Assembly (NCBI GenBank): GCA_963815115.1 | Contig: CAWFFN010000007.1 | Span: forward strand, 256,001 to 320,000 | Direction: 5' to 3' | From: an uncultured delta proteobacterium | GTDB taxonomy: Bacteria; Desulfobacterota; Binatia; DP-6 | Length of the DNA stretch: 64,000 nt | Shown: positions 44,430 through 58,755 of the stretch, piece after piece | Position numbering within the stretch: position 1 is the stretch's first letter | Layout: every line of letters starts with the position of its first letter | Notes under the pieces: generated by a model | What the model saw: only the letters and a program-made list of their open reading frames with translations | What the model was told of the DNA's origin: nothing | Database searches by the model: none | Translations under genes and position numbers: made by a program

Positions 44430-45587
44430 GTGCGTGCTCCCGTGTTCATATGCTCGGCGTTCGTCGCGCAGTACCCGAGCGGCGGCGGGGTCTACTGGAT
44501 CCCGCTGCAGTACGTGCGCGGGCTCCGGGAGCTCGGCGTCGACGCCTACTGGCTCGAGTTCCTCTGGACCCAGGGCGACCGCGGCGGGGACCAGAAGTGC
44601 ATCGACACGTTTCTGCGCCGCGCTCGCGAGTTCGGGCTGAGCGACCAGGTGGCCCTGATCTACTTTCCGGAGGGCACGCGGGACGAGCCGCCCGGGCGCG
44701 CCGAGCACTTCGGGATGACGGCCGCGGCCCTCGCGGAGCGCCGGCGGGACGCGCTGCTGCTCAATCTCGCGAACAGCGCCACGGCGCCGTTGCGCGCGGG
44801 CTTCGGGCGCACCGCGCTTCTCGATCTCGATCCCGGCACCTTCCAGCTCTGGGCCCGCGAATGGGACATGGGGGTCGGCGGGCACGATGCCCATCTCACC
44901 ATCGGCATGAACCTCGGCGCTCCGGACTCGCCGATCCCGCTGAGCGGCGTCGACTGGGCGAGAGTGTGGCCGACCGTGCATCTCCCCTCGTGGGCGTTCC
45001 AGCCGCTGCCGCCGCAGGAGGCGCCCTACACGACGGTGACCCAGTGGTGGAACAATCACTACGCCTTCCTCGACGGCGACACCTACGACTGCAACAAGCG
45101 CTCCGGCTTCCTGCCGCTGCTGCCCCTCGCGGGGCGCGTGGCACCCGCGCTCGAGATCGCCGCGAACCTGCATGCCGACGAGACGGAGGATCGCGCGCTG
45201 ATCGCGCAGCATGGCTGGCGGCTCGTGGACCCGGCCGCGGTCGCCGGCACACCCGCGTCCTTCCAGCGCTACGTGCAACGCTCGCGGGGAGAGCTGAGCG
45301 CCACCAAGCCGGCCTACGTCAAGGCGCGCGCCGGATGGATCAGCGACCGGACCGTCTGCTACCTCGCCAGCGGGCGGCCGTGCATCGTCGAGGCCACCGG
45401 CGCCGAGGGGCACCTGCCGGCGAGCGCCGGACTGCGCGTCTTCTCCACGCTCGACGAGGCGGAGGACGCGGTGCGTGCGGTCGAAGCCGACTACGCCGCC
45501 GCGGCGCGGGGCGCACGCGCCCTGGCCGAGGAGGTGTTCTCGACCCGCGTGGTCCTCCCGGGACTTCTGGCGGCCGCGGGCGCTTGA
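44430..45587 (+). CDS. putative GT-B type glycosyltransferase-like protein
   Basis: QYPSGGGVYWIPLQYVRGL N-terminus; GWISDRTVCYLASGRPCI C-terminal nucleotide-sugar-binding-like motif. Confidence 0.6.
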   Translation: MRAPVFICSAFVAQYPSGGGVYWIPLQYVRGLRELGVDAYWLEFLWTQGDRGGDQKCIDTFLRRAREFGLSDQVALIYFPEGTRDEPPGRAEHFGMTAAALAERRRDALLLNLANSATAPLRAGFGRTALLDLDPGTFQLWAREWDMGVGGHDAHLTIGMNLGAPDSPIPLSGVDWARVWPTVHLPSWAFQPLPPQEAPYTTVTQWWNNHYAFLDGDTYDCNKRSGFLPLLPLAGRVAPALEIAANLHADETEDRALIAQHGWRLVDPAAVAGTPASFQRYVQRSRGELSATKPAYVKARAGWISDRTVCYLASGRPCIVEATGAEGHLPASAGLRVFSTLDEAEDAVRAVEADYAAAARGARALAEEVFSTRVVLPGLLAAAGA

Positions 45588-45619
45588 CAGCGCCGACCTC
45601 CGCTCGCTAGCGGCGTGGC

Positions 45620-46474
45620 GTGGACCTCGACGCGGACGCGCTGGTGGTGGGGGCGATCGACATGCACTGCCACCACGGCCCGGATCCGCACCGCGAGCGC
45701 AGCGTGGACGCGGCGGAGGCGGTGCGCGAGGCGGATGTGCTCGGGCTCCGCGCGCTGGTGCTCAAGAGCCACGCCTACCCGACCGGCCCGATCGCGATCC
45801 TGATGGAGAAGACCGCGCAGCGCGTGCGGGTGTTCGGCGGCATCTGCTGCGACTTCGAGGTCGGCGGCCTGAACCCGGCCGCGGTGGAGGGCGCCGTCCG
45901 GACCGGGGCGAGGGTGATCTGGATGCCGACGTTCTCGTCGGTCGTCGACCGGCGGAAGCTCGGCTTGCCGGGCCCCGGCATTCCGCTGCTCGACGACCGC
46001 GGCAGGCTCGTGCCCGCGGTCGAGGATATCCTCCGCCTGGCGCGCGAGCACGACTCCGTGGTGGCCACCGGCCACATCGACCTGCCGGAGCAGTTCGCGC
46101 TGGTGGATGCGGCGGTGGCGCTCGGGGTCCAGGTGCTGATGACGCATGCGCTCGAGACCCTCGTCGGCCCCGACCACACGCTCGGCCACGTGCTCGAGCT
46201 GGCCGACCGCGGCGCCATGATCGAGTTCACCTACCTCACCTGCATCCCGGGCGGGTTCGCCGCCACCGAGGCGCCGGAAGCCTTCGCGCGCGCCATGGCG
46301 GCGGTGGGCCCCGAGCGGGCGATCATGTCGACCGACTTCGGTCAGGTGCGGAGCCCGCACCCGGCCGAGGGAATGCGGCTGTTCATCGGCGAGATGCTGC
46401 ACTGCGGCCTCGCGCCCAGCGCGCTGAACCTGATGGCGCGCCGCAACCCGGCCCGCCTGCTCGGACTCGAGTGA
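45620..46474 (+). CDS. DUF6282-family metallo-hydrolase (TIM barrel)
   Basis: IDMHCHHGPD, VLKSH, GGLNPAAVE, WMPT, TGH, TH, STDFGQ, NPARLL. Confidence 0.82.
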   Translation: MDLDADALVVGAIDMHCHHGPDPHRERSVDAAEAVREADVLGLRALVLKSHAYPTGPIAILMEKTAQRVRVFGGICCDFEVGGLNPAAVEGAVRTGARVIWMPTFSSVVDRRKLGLPGPGIPLLDDRGRLVPAVEDILRLAREHDSVVATGHIDLPEQFALVDAAVALGVQVLMTHALETLVGPDHTLGHVLELADRGAMIEFTYLTCIPGGFAATEAPEAFARAMAAVGPERAIMSTDFGQVRSPHPAEGMRLFIGEMLHCGLAPSALNLMARRNPARLLGLE

Positions 46475-47454
46475 ATGGGGGACGACCCGCTCCGTCTCGG
46501 CGTCCTCGGCGCCGCGCGCATCGCGCCCATGGCGCTGCTGGCGCCTGCCCGCCGGGTGCCCGAGGCGGTGGTGCTGGCAGTCGCCGCTCGCGATGCCCCC
46601 CGGGCCAGCGCCTTCGCCGCTCGTCATCGCATCCCGCGCGTGCACGCGACGTACGACGCGCTGCTCGCCGACCCGGAGGTCGAGGCGATCTACAACCCGC
46701 TGCCCAACTCGCTGCACGCGCCCTGGACGATCCGGGCACTCGAGGCCGGCAAGCACGTGCTGTGCGAGAAGCCGCTCTCGGCAACGGTCGCCGAGGCCGA
46801 GGCGATGGCGGCGGCCGCCGCGCGCAGCGGGCGCATCCTGATGGAGGCGTTCCACTACCGTTACCACGCGCTCTTCGGGCGCATGCGCGCCGTCCTGCGC
46901 GCCGGCGAGCTCGGGACGGTGCGGCACCTCGAGGCCCGTCTCTGCATCCCGCTCCTCCGGCGGAACGACATCCGCTGGCGCGCCGATCTCGGCGGCGGCG
47001 CCCTGATGGACACGGGCTGCTACACCGTTCATCTGCTGCGCCACCTCGCCGAGGCGGAGCCCGGGGTCGTGTCCGCGCAGGCCGCCTGGACGCGGGGCGG
47101 CGTCGACCGCTGGCTCACCGCCGATCTCCGATTCCCCGGCGATCGCAGCGGACGGCTCACCTGCGCGCTGCTGTCGTGCGTCCCGCTCCGCATCAGCGCG
47201 CGAGTGACGGGCTCGGCGGGCACGCTCCGGGTGCTCAATCCGATCGCGCCCCAGTTCTTCCACCGCTTGCGGATCGAGACGCCCGCCGGCCGCCGCGTCG
47301 AGCGCGTCGCCGGCGCCGCATCCTACGACGAGCAGCTGCGGGCCTTCGTCGGCGCCGTCCGGCGCGGCGAGCCGGTGCCGACCGATCCCCCGGACTCGAT
47401 CGCCAACATGCGCGTCATCGAGTCGATCTACGCGGCGGTGGGCCGGCCGCGAGC

Positions 47455-47458
<4 letters not shown>
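46475..47458 (+). CDS. Gfo/Idh/MocA family oxidoreductase
   Basis: LGVLGAARIA, YNPLPNSLH, GKHVLCEKP, GGGALMDTGCY. Confidence 0.92.
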
Positions 47459-51816
<4,358 letters not shown>

Positions 51817-51859
51817 TCCTCTTCTTACCCCAGGCTTCCCGGTCCGTCAGCACCGGCGC

Positions 51860-52622
51860 TCAGCCGAGCATGATCATCCCGCCGTCGATCGGGATCGCCT
51901 GGCCGGTGATGAAGCGAGCGCCGTCGCCGGCGAGGAAGACCATGACCGGCGCGAGGTCGCGCTCGGCGTCGCCGAGGCGGCCGCCGAGCGGGATCACGTG
52001 CCGCATGGTGAGATCGTGCACCCCGAGCTCCTCGGGCGTCATGCGTGCCCGGTGGGCGTCGTACATGCCGGTCCAGATGGCCGGGAGCAGCGAGTTCACC
52101 GTGATCCCGTAGCGGCCCCACTCCTGCGCGACCGTGCGCGTCCAGGCCATGACGCCGGCCTTGGCGGCGGAGTAGTGCGCCGAGCCGCGCTGCCCCCGCA
52201 CGCCGGCGCCCGGAGCCGAAGTTGATGATGCGGCCACCGTGCTCCCGCAGGTGCCGGAAGGCGGCCTGGTTGGTGTGGACGGTCCCTTTCAGGTTCACGC
52301 CGAGCACGAGGTCCCACTCGGCGTCGGTGATGTCCTCGGCGGCGCTGCCGCGCTCCACGCCGGCGACGTGTGCGAGGACGTCCAGGCCCCCCAGCTCCGC
52401 GGCGGCGCGCTCGAAGACGGCGAACACCTCGTCCCGGTGCGAAACGTCACAGTGATGATAGTCGACGTCGCGACCCGCCTCGCCGGCGACCGCCCGCCCC
52501 TCGTCGTCCGCGATGTCGAGCGCGGCGACGCGCGCGCCCTCGGCGGCATAGGCGCGCACGGTGGCCGCACCGATGCCGTTCGCCGCGCCGGTGACGATGA
52601 TCCGCTTGCCCGCGAGCCGCAT
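51860..52622 (-). pseudogene. SDR family oxidoreductase with one frameshift at about 52209-52211 (possibly a sequencing error)
   Basis: MRLAGKRIIVTGAANGIG...IINFGSG in one frame and AGVRGQRGSAHYSAAK...IPIDGG in the next; one extra G in TCCGGGCGCC. Confidence 0.8.
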
Positions 52623-52636
52623 CGCACCGCCTGCCG

Positions 52637-53242
52637 TCAGAGGTACCGCTTGCCGGCGATGCTGCCGTCGGCGCCGACGTCGTACAGGAGCGGGGCGCCG
52701 GTCGGGATCTCCAGCTCGAGCACCTCGGCGTGGCTGAGCCCGTCGAGGTGCATCACGAGGGCGCGCAGCGAGTTGCCGTGGGCGACCACCAGCACGTGCC
52801 GTCCCGCCTTCAGGTCGGGGAGGATGTGCGACTCCCAGTAGGGCAGCACCCGCTCCGCGGTGTCGGCCAGGCTCTCGCCTCCGGGCGGGCGGACGTCGTA
52901 GCTGCGGCGCCAGAGCTTGATCTGGGCGGCGCCGAAACGCGTCGCCGCCTCGGCCTTGTCGAGACCCTGGAGATCTCCGTACATGCGCTCGTTGAGCGCC
53001 GCGTCCCGCTCGGTGGGCGGAAGGGGCAGGCCGGCCGCCTCGAACGCCAGGGTTGCGGTGTCGACCGCACGTCGCAGGACGGAGGTGTAGAGCTTGTCGA
53101 TGCGGTGGCCGCGCAGCTTCAGCCCTGCGGCCCGCGCCTCGTCCTCGCCCTTGGGCGAGAGGGGCACGTCGACCCAGCCGGTGAAGCGGTTCTCGAGGTT
53201 CCACTGCGACTGGCCGTGCCGCAGCAGGATCAATGAAGACAT
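52637..53242 (-). CDS. gpmA: 2,3-bisphosphoglycerate-dependent phosphoglycerate mutase
   Basis: LLRHGQSQWNLENRFTGWVDVPL, LNERMYGDLQG, WRRSYDVRPP, AHGNSLRAL, IPTGAP. Confidence 0.95.
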   Translation of the reverse strand: MSSLILLRHGQSQWNLENRFTGWVDVPLSPKGEDEARAAGLKLRGHRIDKLYTSVLRRAVDTATLAFEAAGLPLPPTERDAALNERMYGDLQGLDKAEAATRFGAAQIKLWRRSYDVRPPGGESLADTAERVLPYWESHILPDLKAGRHVLVVAHGNSLRALVMHLDGLSHAEVLELEIPTGAPLLYDVGADGSIAGKRYL

Positions 53243-53343
53243 GGCGCTGCGCTATAGCGCGGTGACGGGACGGCGAAAAGACGCGGTCAGCGGGGCGCTG
53301 CCGTTGCGGCCATCCCGTCCGGCTGGTAACAGATCGTCCCAGG

Positions 53344-54093
53344 ATGCTGATCGTCGCGCTCTTCGTCGTCCACTGGCTCGTTTCCGTGTTCATCCAGTCC
53401 AGCTTCCACCACCGCTACGCCGCGCATCGCATGTTCACGATGCCGCGCGTCACCGAGCGCATCACCCACTTCCTCGCCTTCCTGGTGCAGGGGCCCTCGT
53501 ATCTGCCGCCGAGTGCCTACGCGGTCCTCCACCGCGAGCATCACGCCTTCAGCGATACCGAGCGCGACCCCCACGCGCCCGCGTTCTTCAAGAACGTCTT
53601 CGCGATGATGCTGGCCACCGCGACGCGCTTCAGCGCGCACGTCGACGGCCGCTCGACGCCCGAGCCGCGCTTCCTGGGCAACACGCCCGACTGGCCGGTG
53701 CTCGACCGCATCGGATCGTCGTGGGCGACCCGGATCGCGTTCGGAGCGGGATACGGCCTGGTCTATCTCTGGCTCGCGACCGCGTGGTGGCAGTTCCTCT
53801 TCCTGCCGCTGCACTGGGTGATGGGTCCGGCGCAGGGCGCCATCGTCAACTGGTGCGGGCACAGCTACGGCTACCGGAACTTCGCGACGCGCGACAAGTC
53901 ACGCAACTTCCTTCCCTTCGACTTCCTCACCATGGGGGAGCTCTTCCAGAACAACCACCATCGCGCCTCGGGGCGGCTCAATTTCGCCTGGCGCAGGTTC
54001 GAGTTCGACCCGACGTATGCGCTGCTCCGGGTGTTCGCCTGGATGCGCGTGATCCGGCTGGTGCCGGCCGAGGAGCTCGCCGCCGCGGCGTGA
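53344..54093 (+). CDS. acyl-CoA (delta-9 type) fatty acid desaturase
   Basis: His boxes HRYAAH, HREHH (FSDTERDPH), NWCGH, GELFQNNHH. Confidence 0.9.
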   Translation: MLIVALFVVHWLVSVFIQSSFHHRYAAHRMFTMPRVTERITHFLAFLVQGPSYLPPSAYAVLHREHHAFSDTERDPHAPAFFKNVFAMMLATATRFSAHVDGRSTPEPRFLGNTPDWPVLDRIGSSWATRIAFGAGYGLVYLWLATAWWQFLFLPLHWVMGPAQGAIVNWCGHSYGYRNFATRDKSRNFLPFDFLTMGELFQNNHHRASGRLNFAWRRFEFDPTYALLRVFAWMRVIRLVPAEELAAAA

Positions 54094-54103
54094 TCGGCTG
54101 CCC

Positions 54104-55729
54104 TCAGGGCAGCGGGTCGATCAGCACCCCGGGGTTCAAGATCCCGCGCGGGTCGAGGGCGCGCTTCGCGGCCCGCAGCGCGTCGGCGAAGAGAGCGGGC
54201 CGTTCCTGGTCGTACCACGGCCGATGGTCGCGGCCCACGGCGTGGTGGTGGGTGATGGTGCCACCGTGGCGCAGGATGGCGTCGGCGGCGGCGGCCTTGA
54301 CGGCAGCCCACTGCTCGAGCTCGGCGCCCCGGCGGCCCGGCGCGATCACCGTGTAGTACGGCGCGGGTCCGTCCGGGTAGACGTGCGTGAAGCGACAGGT
54401 CACGTGACCGGCGCCGCAGACGCGCCGGACCGCGTCGAGGGCGGCTCCCATCACCGCTTCGTGGAACGACGGAAACCGATCCCAGGTGACCGCCGTCTCG
54501 AAGGTCTCGCTCACCATGCCGAGCGCGACGATGACGTTGCGCAGGTAGGGCGCGTCGAGGAAGGCGCGGCGCCAGGCGCCGGCGGCCCCCTCGCGCGCCC
54601 CCGTCTCCGCCGTGCGGGTGCGGCCGGCATCGGGCGGTACCCGACCGCCGTGATCGCGCGCGCATTCGAGCGCGCGCGCCATCCACGGGTCCAGGCCGTG
54701 GTCGGCCGACTCGAAGGCGAGCAGCAGGACGGTCTCCTCGCCGGAGCCGGCACCCGCGAGCGCCGCCTCGCCGGGATCGAGGAGGCGGCAGTTGGAGGGA
54801 TGAAGACCGGCCTGCGCGACGGCGCGTGCCGCCGCTGCACCGTCGGCGAACGCGGTGAAGGTGACGCTCGCCGCCGCGCGGAACGTCGGTCGATCCTGCA
54901 GGCGCATCCATGCTTCGACGATGACGCCGAGGGTGCCCTCGGAGCCGATGAAGAGGCGATCGGGACTCGGCCCCGCGCCCGATCCCGGCAGCCGTCGCGT
55001 CTGCACGATGCCGGCCGGGGTGACGACGCGCACGGCCTCGACGAAGTCGTCGATGTGCGTGTAGAGCGTCGCGTAGTGTCCTCCGGAGCGAGTCGCGATC
55101 CAGCCCCCGAGGGTCGAGAACTCGAACGACTGCGGGAAGTGCCGCAGCGTCAGGCCATGCGGACGGAGCTGCTCCTCGAGGTCGGGACCGAGCGCGCCGC
55201 CCTGGATGCGGGCGGCACGCGAGGCGCGATCCACCTCCAGCACCCGGCCGAGATGGGACAGGTCGAGCGAGACCACCGCGGGGAACGCGTCGCGTGGCGG
55301 CGGCTCGACGCCGCCGACCACGCTCGAGCCGCCGCCGTAGGGGATGGCGGCGGCGCGTAGCCCGCTGCACCACTCGAGGATCGCGACCACGTCGTCCTCG
55401 CTCCGCGGACGAGCGACGACGTCGGGTGGATTCGTGAAGTCGCCCCGCAGCCCGCGCACGAGGTCGCGGAACGACTTGCCGTATGTATGGGCTGCGCGCT
55501 CCCGCGTGCTGGTGCTGCACAGGGAGGCGAGCGCCGCCGGCGGGTCGCAGCGCGGCGCGGGGAGCCGAAGGTCCTCGAGCGCGGGCGGGGCCGTGGCATC
55601 GAGAGCATCGAGCCCGAACCGCGCCTGGAGAGCCGCGGCAATGCCCCGCGTCTGATCGGGGTCCGGACCGGCGCCGGTCCATCCCCAGCCCCACACGCTG
55701 CGTTCGCGCACCTGCGGCTCGGGGCTCAC
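54104..55729 (-). CDS. FAD-binding oxidoreductase, alkyl-DHAP synthase (AgpS)-like
   Basis: PYGGGSSVVGG, HFPQSFEFSTLGGWIATRSGG, GSEGTLGVI, TFETA, HVYPDGPAPY, TITHHHAVG, LNPG. Confidence 0.85.
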   Translation of the reverse strand: MSPEPQVRERSVWGWGWTGAGPDPDQTRGIAAALQARFGLDALDATAPPALEDLRLPAPRCDPPAALASLCSTSTRERAAHTYGKSFRDLVRGLRGDFTNPPDVVARPRSEDDVVAILEWCSGLRAAAIPYGGGSSVVGGVEPPPRDAFPAVVSLDLSHLGRVLEVDRASRAARIQGGALGPDLEEQLRPHGLTLRHFPQSFEFSTLGGWIATRSGGHYATLYTHIDDFVEAVRVVTPAGIVQTRRLPGSGAGPSPDRLFIGSEGTLGVIVEAWMRLQDRPTFRAAASVTFTAFADGAAAARAVAQAGLHPSNCRLLDPGEAALAGAGSGEETVLLLAFESADHGLDPWMARALECARDHGGRVPPDAGRTRTAETGAREGAAGAWRRAFLDAPYLRNVIVALGMVSETFETAVTWDRFPSFHEAVMGAALDAVRRVCGAGHVTCRFTHVYPDGPAPYYTVIAPGRRGAELEQWAAVKAAAADAILRHGGTITHHHAVGRDHRPWYDQERPALFADALRAAKRALDPRGILNPGVLIDPLP

Positions 55730-55750
55730 GCGGGGGTGCGGGCGTCCTGG

Positions 55751-56170
55751 CTAGCGCAGGCTGCGCTTCTTCGCCCGGAGGCCGCGCCGGCTGCCGCCGT
55801 TCTTGCGGAACATGGGCGCCTCACCACCGAAATCCGGCGGGAAATCGCGCGGGAATTCGGTCGCACGGAATGACGGCGCCGCACCGGTACCCGGACGCGG
55901 AATGCGCGGAGCTCTCGGCGGTGGCTTCTCGTCGGCGTCGTTCACGCGCAGGCGACGCCCGCGATGCTCGACACTGTCGAAGCGGCGGATGGCATCCGCG
56001 GCCATGGCCGCATCCGAGAACTCGGCGAAGGCGAAGCCGCGCGAGCGGCCCGTGACGCGATCGATGCCGAGGCGCACCCGGACGCGCGAGTCGACCTCGC
56101 CGAGCAACGAACGCAGCTCGTCTTCCGTGGCGTCGAAACTAAGATTGCCGATGAAGATGGTGGACGAAAT
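55751..56170 (-). CDS. RRM (RNP) RNA-binding protein with probable non-canonical AUU start
   Basis: Minus strand GAGGAGGAG-TCCC-ATT-TCG-TCC-ACC-ATC-TTC-ATC-GGC-AAT-CTT gives (M)SSTIFIGNL (RNP2); RNP1 RGFAFAEF; basic tail. Confidence 0.85.
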   Translation of the reverse strand: MSSTIFIGNLSFDATEDELRSLLGEVDSRVRVRLGIDRVTGRSRGFAFAEFSDAAMAADAIRRFDSVEHRGRRLRVNDADEKPPPRAPRIPRPGTGAAPSFRATEFPRDFPPDFGGEAPMFRKNGGSRRGLRAKKRSLR

Positions 56171-56242
56171 GGGACTCCTCCTCAGGTTCAGAATTTGGCG
56201 GGACCATAGCAGCTTGGAGGGACCTGTGCGAGCCTCGCACGG

Positions 56243-57022
56243 TCACGAAAGCTCGTGAGAGAAGCGGATGTTGCCCTTGCGCATTCCCTCCAGGACGATG
56301 TCGACCCCACCGCTGCGTAGCATCCACTCGAGCCGATGGTCGCGGTACTCGCGCCGGAAGTGCCCCGACTCGACGAGCTGGGGCAGCATCTCGAAACCGC
56401 CGAGGCTCTGCGTCGCCGCCTCGAAGGTGCTGGCGACACTCGGCCGCGGGAGCACGCGGTCCAGCCACGCGCCGAGGGCCGAGCCGCTCGCCGGAGGCGA
56501 GCCGGTCATCGCCGCGGCCTGGACGAACGGGACGATGCAGACGTCACCCCATCCGAAGGTCTCGCCGTTGAAGTAGGGGCCCGAGCCCAGGGCCCGGTCG
56601 AGATAGGCGTTCACGCCGGCACGCTGCTCGGCGGCCCGCGCCTCGAGGCGGTCGGCGAGATCGCCGGTGGCACGGCGGAAGATGCGGAGCTCGAAGATGG
56701 CCCAGTTGATGGCCTCGTAGTACGTGTCGCAGATCTCCTCGAGCAGGCGCACGCGCGCGCGCTCGGCGGCGCCGGCGGGCAGCAGCGCGGGCGCGGGCCA
56801 GCGGTCCTCGAGGTACTCGAGGATGACGGTCGAGTCGAAGACCGCGACCTCGCCGTCGACCAGGGTCGGGACCTCGAGTCGCGGATTGAGCGGAGCGAAC
56901 TCGGCGAGGTTGCCACCGAGGAGATCGGGCAGCCGCGACTCGAACGGCACGCCCTTCTCGCCCAGCGCGATCTTCACCTTCTGCGCGTAGGGCGACAGGG
57001 GATGCTCGTAAAGGACGACCAT
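56243..57022 (-). CDS. glutathione S-transferase family protein
   Basis: HPLSPYAQKVKIAL, NPRLEVPTL, FDSTVILEYLE. Confidence 0.92.
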   Translation of the reverse strand: MVVLYEHPLSPYAQKVKIALGEKGVPFESRLPDLLGGNLAEFAPLNPRLEVPTLVDGEVAVFDSTVILEYLEDRWPAPALLPAGAAERARVRLLEEICDTYYEAINWAIFELRIFRRATGDLADRLEARAAEQRAGVNAYLDRALGSGPYFNGETFGWGDVCIVPFVQAAAMTGSPPASGSALGAWLDRVLPRPSVASTFEAATQSLGGFEMLPQLVESGHFRREYRDHRLEWMLRSGGVDIVLEGMRKGNIRFSHELS

Positions 57023-57075
57023 GGGGCGCTCTTAGAGCACAGGTCGGCCGTGGCGGCTAGGGGGTACGGCGTCCA

Positions 57076-58056
57076 TCAGGCGGACGCGAGCTGCTCGAAC
57101 GCGCTCCAGATCGCGGCCTCGTCGAACATGAAGGGATGGACCATGGGCGTCGTCACCCCGGCATCGGCGAACGCGCGCAGGCGCTCGCGGCAATGGGCCG
57201 CCGGGCCGATGACGGCGAGCCGGTCGATCATCGCGTCGGTGACGGCGGCGAGGTTGCGGGCGCGATCCTTCGCCTGCCAGCCGGCCAGGATGGCGGCGGC
57301 CTCGTCGGCGAAGCCGCACCAGGCGACGAAGCGGTTGTACACCGAGGTGGCGAAGTACGGACCCATCATGTGGCGTAGCGCGCCGCGCGCTCCCGCCACG
57401 TCGTCGGTCACGATGGTCTGGAAGCGGGCCACGATCTCGAGCCGGGACGGGTCGCGCCCGGCACGCTCGGCGCCCCGGCGCACATGCGCGAGCATGCGCG
57501 GCACGGCGTCGACGGGCATGAAGTTCAGGATGACGCCGTCGGCGATCTCGCCGGCCAGCTCGAGCATCGGCGGCATCAGGGCCGCCAGGTAGATGGGCAC
57601 CGGCTGCGGCGGCAGCGACACGAGGCGGAAGCCCCGCGTGCGGATCGTCCGTCCCGCGAACGTGACGCGCTCGCCGGCGAGCATGGAGCGCAGCACGCCG
57701 ACGGTCTCGCGGATGCGCTCCATGGGGCGCGAGAACTCGACACCGCCCCAGGCGTCGACGATGGTCTCGCTCGAGGCGCCGAGGCCGAGCACGACGCGTC
57801 CGGGCGCGAGCTGCGCCACCGAGCCGACCCCGCCGGCCATGACCGACGGCGTGCGCGTGTAGACGGGCACCACCGCGGTGCCGATGCGGAGCCGCTTCGT
57901 GCACGTCGCCACCGCGGCCCCGACCACGAACGGGTCGGGCCCGGCGCCCGTGTCGGCGATCCAGACGCTGTCGTAGCCGAGTGCTTCGACCCGCTCGGCC
58001 ACGCGGCGGCACATGGCGAGATCGGGCGGCACGGGAAGGCTGGCGGCGAGACGCAT
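57076..58056 (-). CDS. LLM-class flavin/F420-dependent oxidoreductase
   Basis: GYDSVWIAD, IGTAVVPVYTRTP, GRVVLGLGAS, PIYLAALMPPMLELAGEIADG; ATG at 58056. Confidence 0.88.
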   Translation of the reverse strand: MRLAASLPVPPDLAMCRRVAERVEALGYDSVWIADTGAGPDPFVVGAAVATCTKRLRIGTAVVPVYTRTPSVMAGGVGSVAQLAPGRVVLGLGASSETIVDAWGGVEFSRPMERIRETVGVLRSMLAGERVTFAGRTIRTRGFRLVSLPPQPVPIYLAALMPPMLELAGEIADGVILNFMPVDAVPRMLAHVRRGAERAGRDPSRLEIVARFQTIVTDDVAGARGALRHMMGPYFATSVYNRFVAWCGFADEAAAILAGWQAKDRARNLAAVTDAMIDRLAVIGPAAHCRERLRAFADAGVTTPMVHPFMFDEAAIWSAFEQLASA

Positions 58057-58101
58057 GGGGCGCTCCATCGCATGCCGCGTCCGGAGCCACAACCCGCGCG
58101 G

Positions 58102-58755
58102 CTACCAGCGCTCGTACTGGACGGCGCGGCGGGCGTACCCGCCGCGGCGGAGCAGATCGCGCAGGCGCGGGACCATCTCGCCGACGCCGCAGACGAAGAA
58201 TTGCCGCGTGCGTTCGGCGTCGTGCTCGAGCCAGCGGCGGCGAACCTCGTCCTCGGCGGCGTCCGGGGCGATCACGTCGACGGCGAGACCGGGCAGGGCG
58301 GCGAGCTCGTCGCGATAGATCGGCCGGGTGGTGGCGTAGAGCAGCGTCAGCGGACGTGTGGCACCCATCACGGCCCGGTGCAGCATCGGACGGATGGGAG
58401 CGATGCCCGTGCCGAGGGCGACGAAGACGGTCTCGGCTTCGGGGGCGCGGTCCAGCAGGAAGGTGCCCCACGGACCGGTGAAGTCGACCCGCGCGCCGGG
58501 CGACAGGTCGAAGAGGTAGTGCGACCCCGGGCCGCCCGGGACGCGATCGATCAGCAGCTCGAGATGCGCGGCCTCCTCGGGGCAGGAGGCGATGGAGTAC
58601 GGGCGGATCAGGCGTTCACCGCCGACGGGCAGCAGGCAGGAGACGAACTGGCCGGGGCGGAAGGCGACGCCGCCCGGTACGTGAAGGAAGATCGAGCGCG
58701 TCTCGCGGCCGTGGTCCCGCACCGCCTCGAGCACGGCGGCGCGTTCCTCAGCCAT
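58102..58755 (-). CDS. ferredoxin-NADP reductase-like FAD-binding oxidoreductase
   Basis: FRPGQF, RPYSIAS, GPGSHYL, GPWGTF, GTGIAP, VCG, ERW. Confidence 0.88.
   Translation of the reverse strand: MAEERAAVLEAVRDHGRETRSIFLHVPGGVAFRPGQFVSCLLPVGGERLIRPYSIASCPEEAAHLELLIDRVPGGPGSHYLFDLSPGARVDFTGPWGTFLLDRAPEAETVFVALGTGIAPIRPMLHRAVMGATRPLTLLYATTRPIYRDELAALPGLAVDVIAPDAAEDEVRRRWLEHDAERTRQFFVCGVGEMVPRLRDLLRRGGYARRAVQYERW

Noticed and set aside
52205-52215. Programmed frameshifting in the SDR gene (and at about 26235 in the lipoprotein gene)
   Set aside because: No slippery heptamer; single-base indels in short G/C runs are better explained as sequencing errors or recent mutations.
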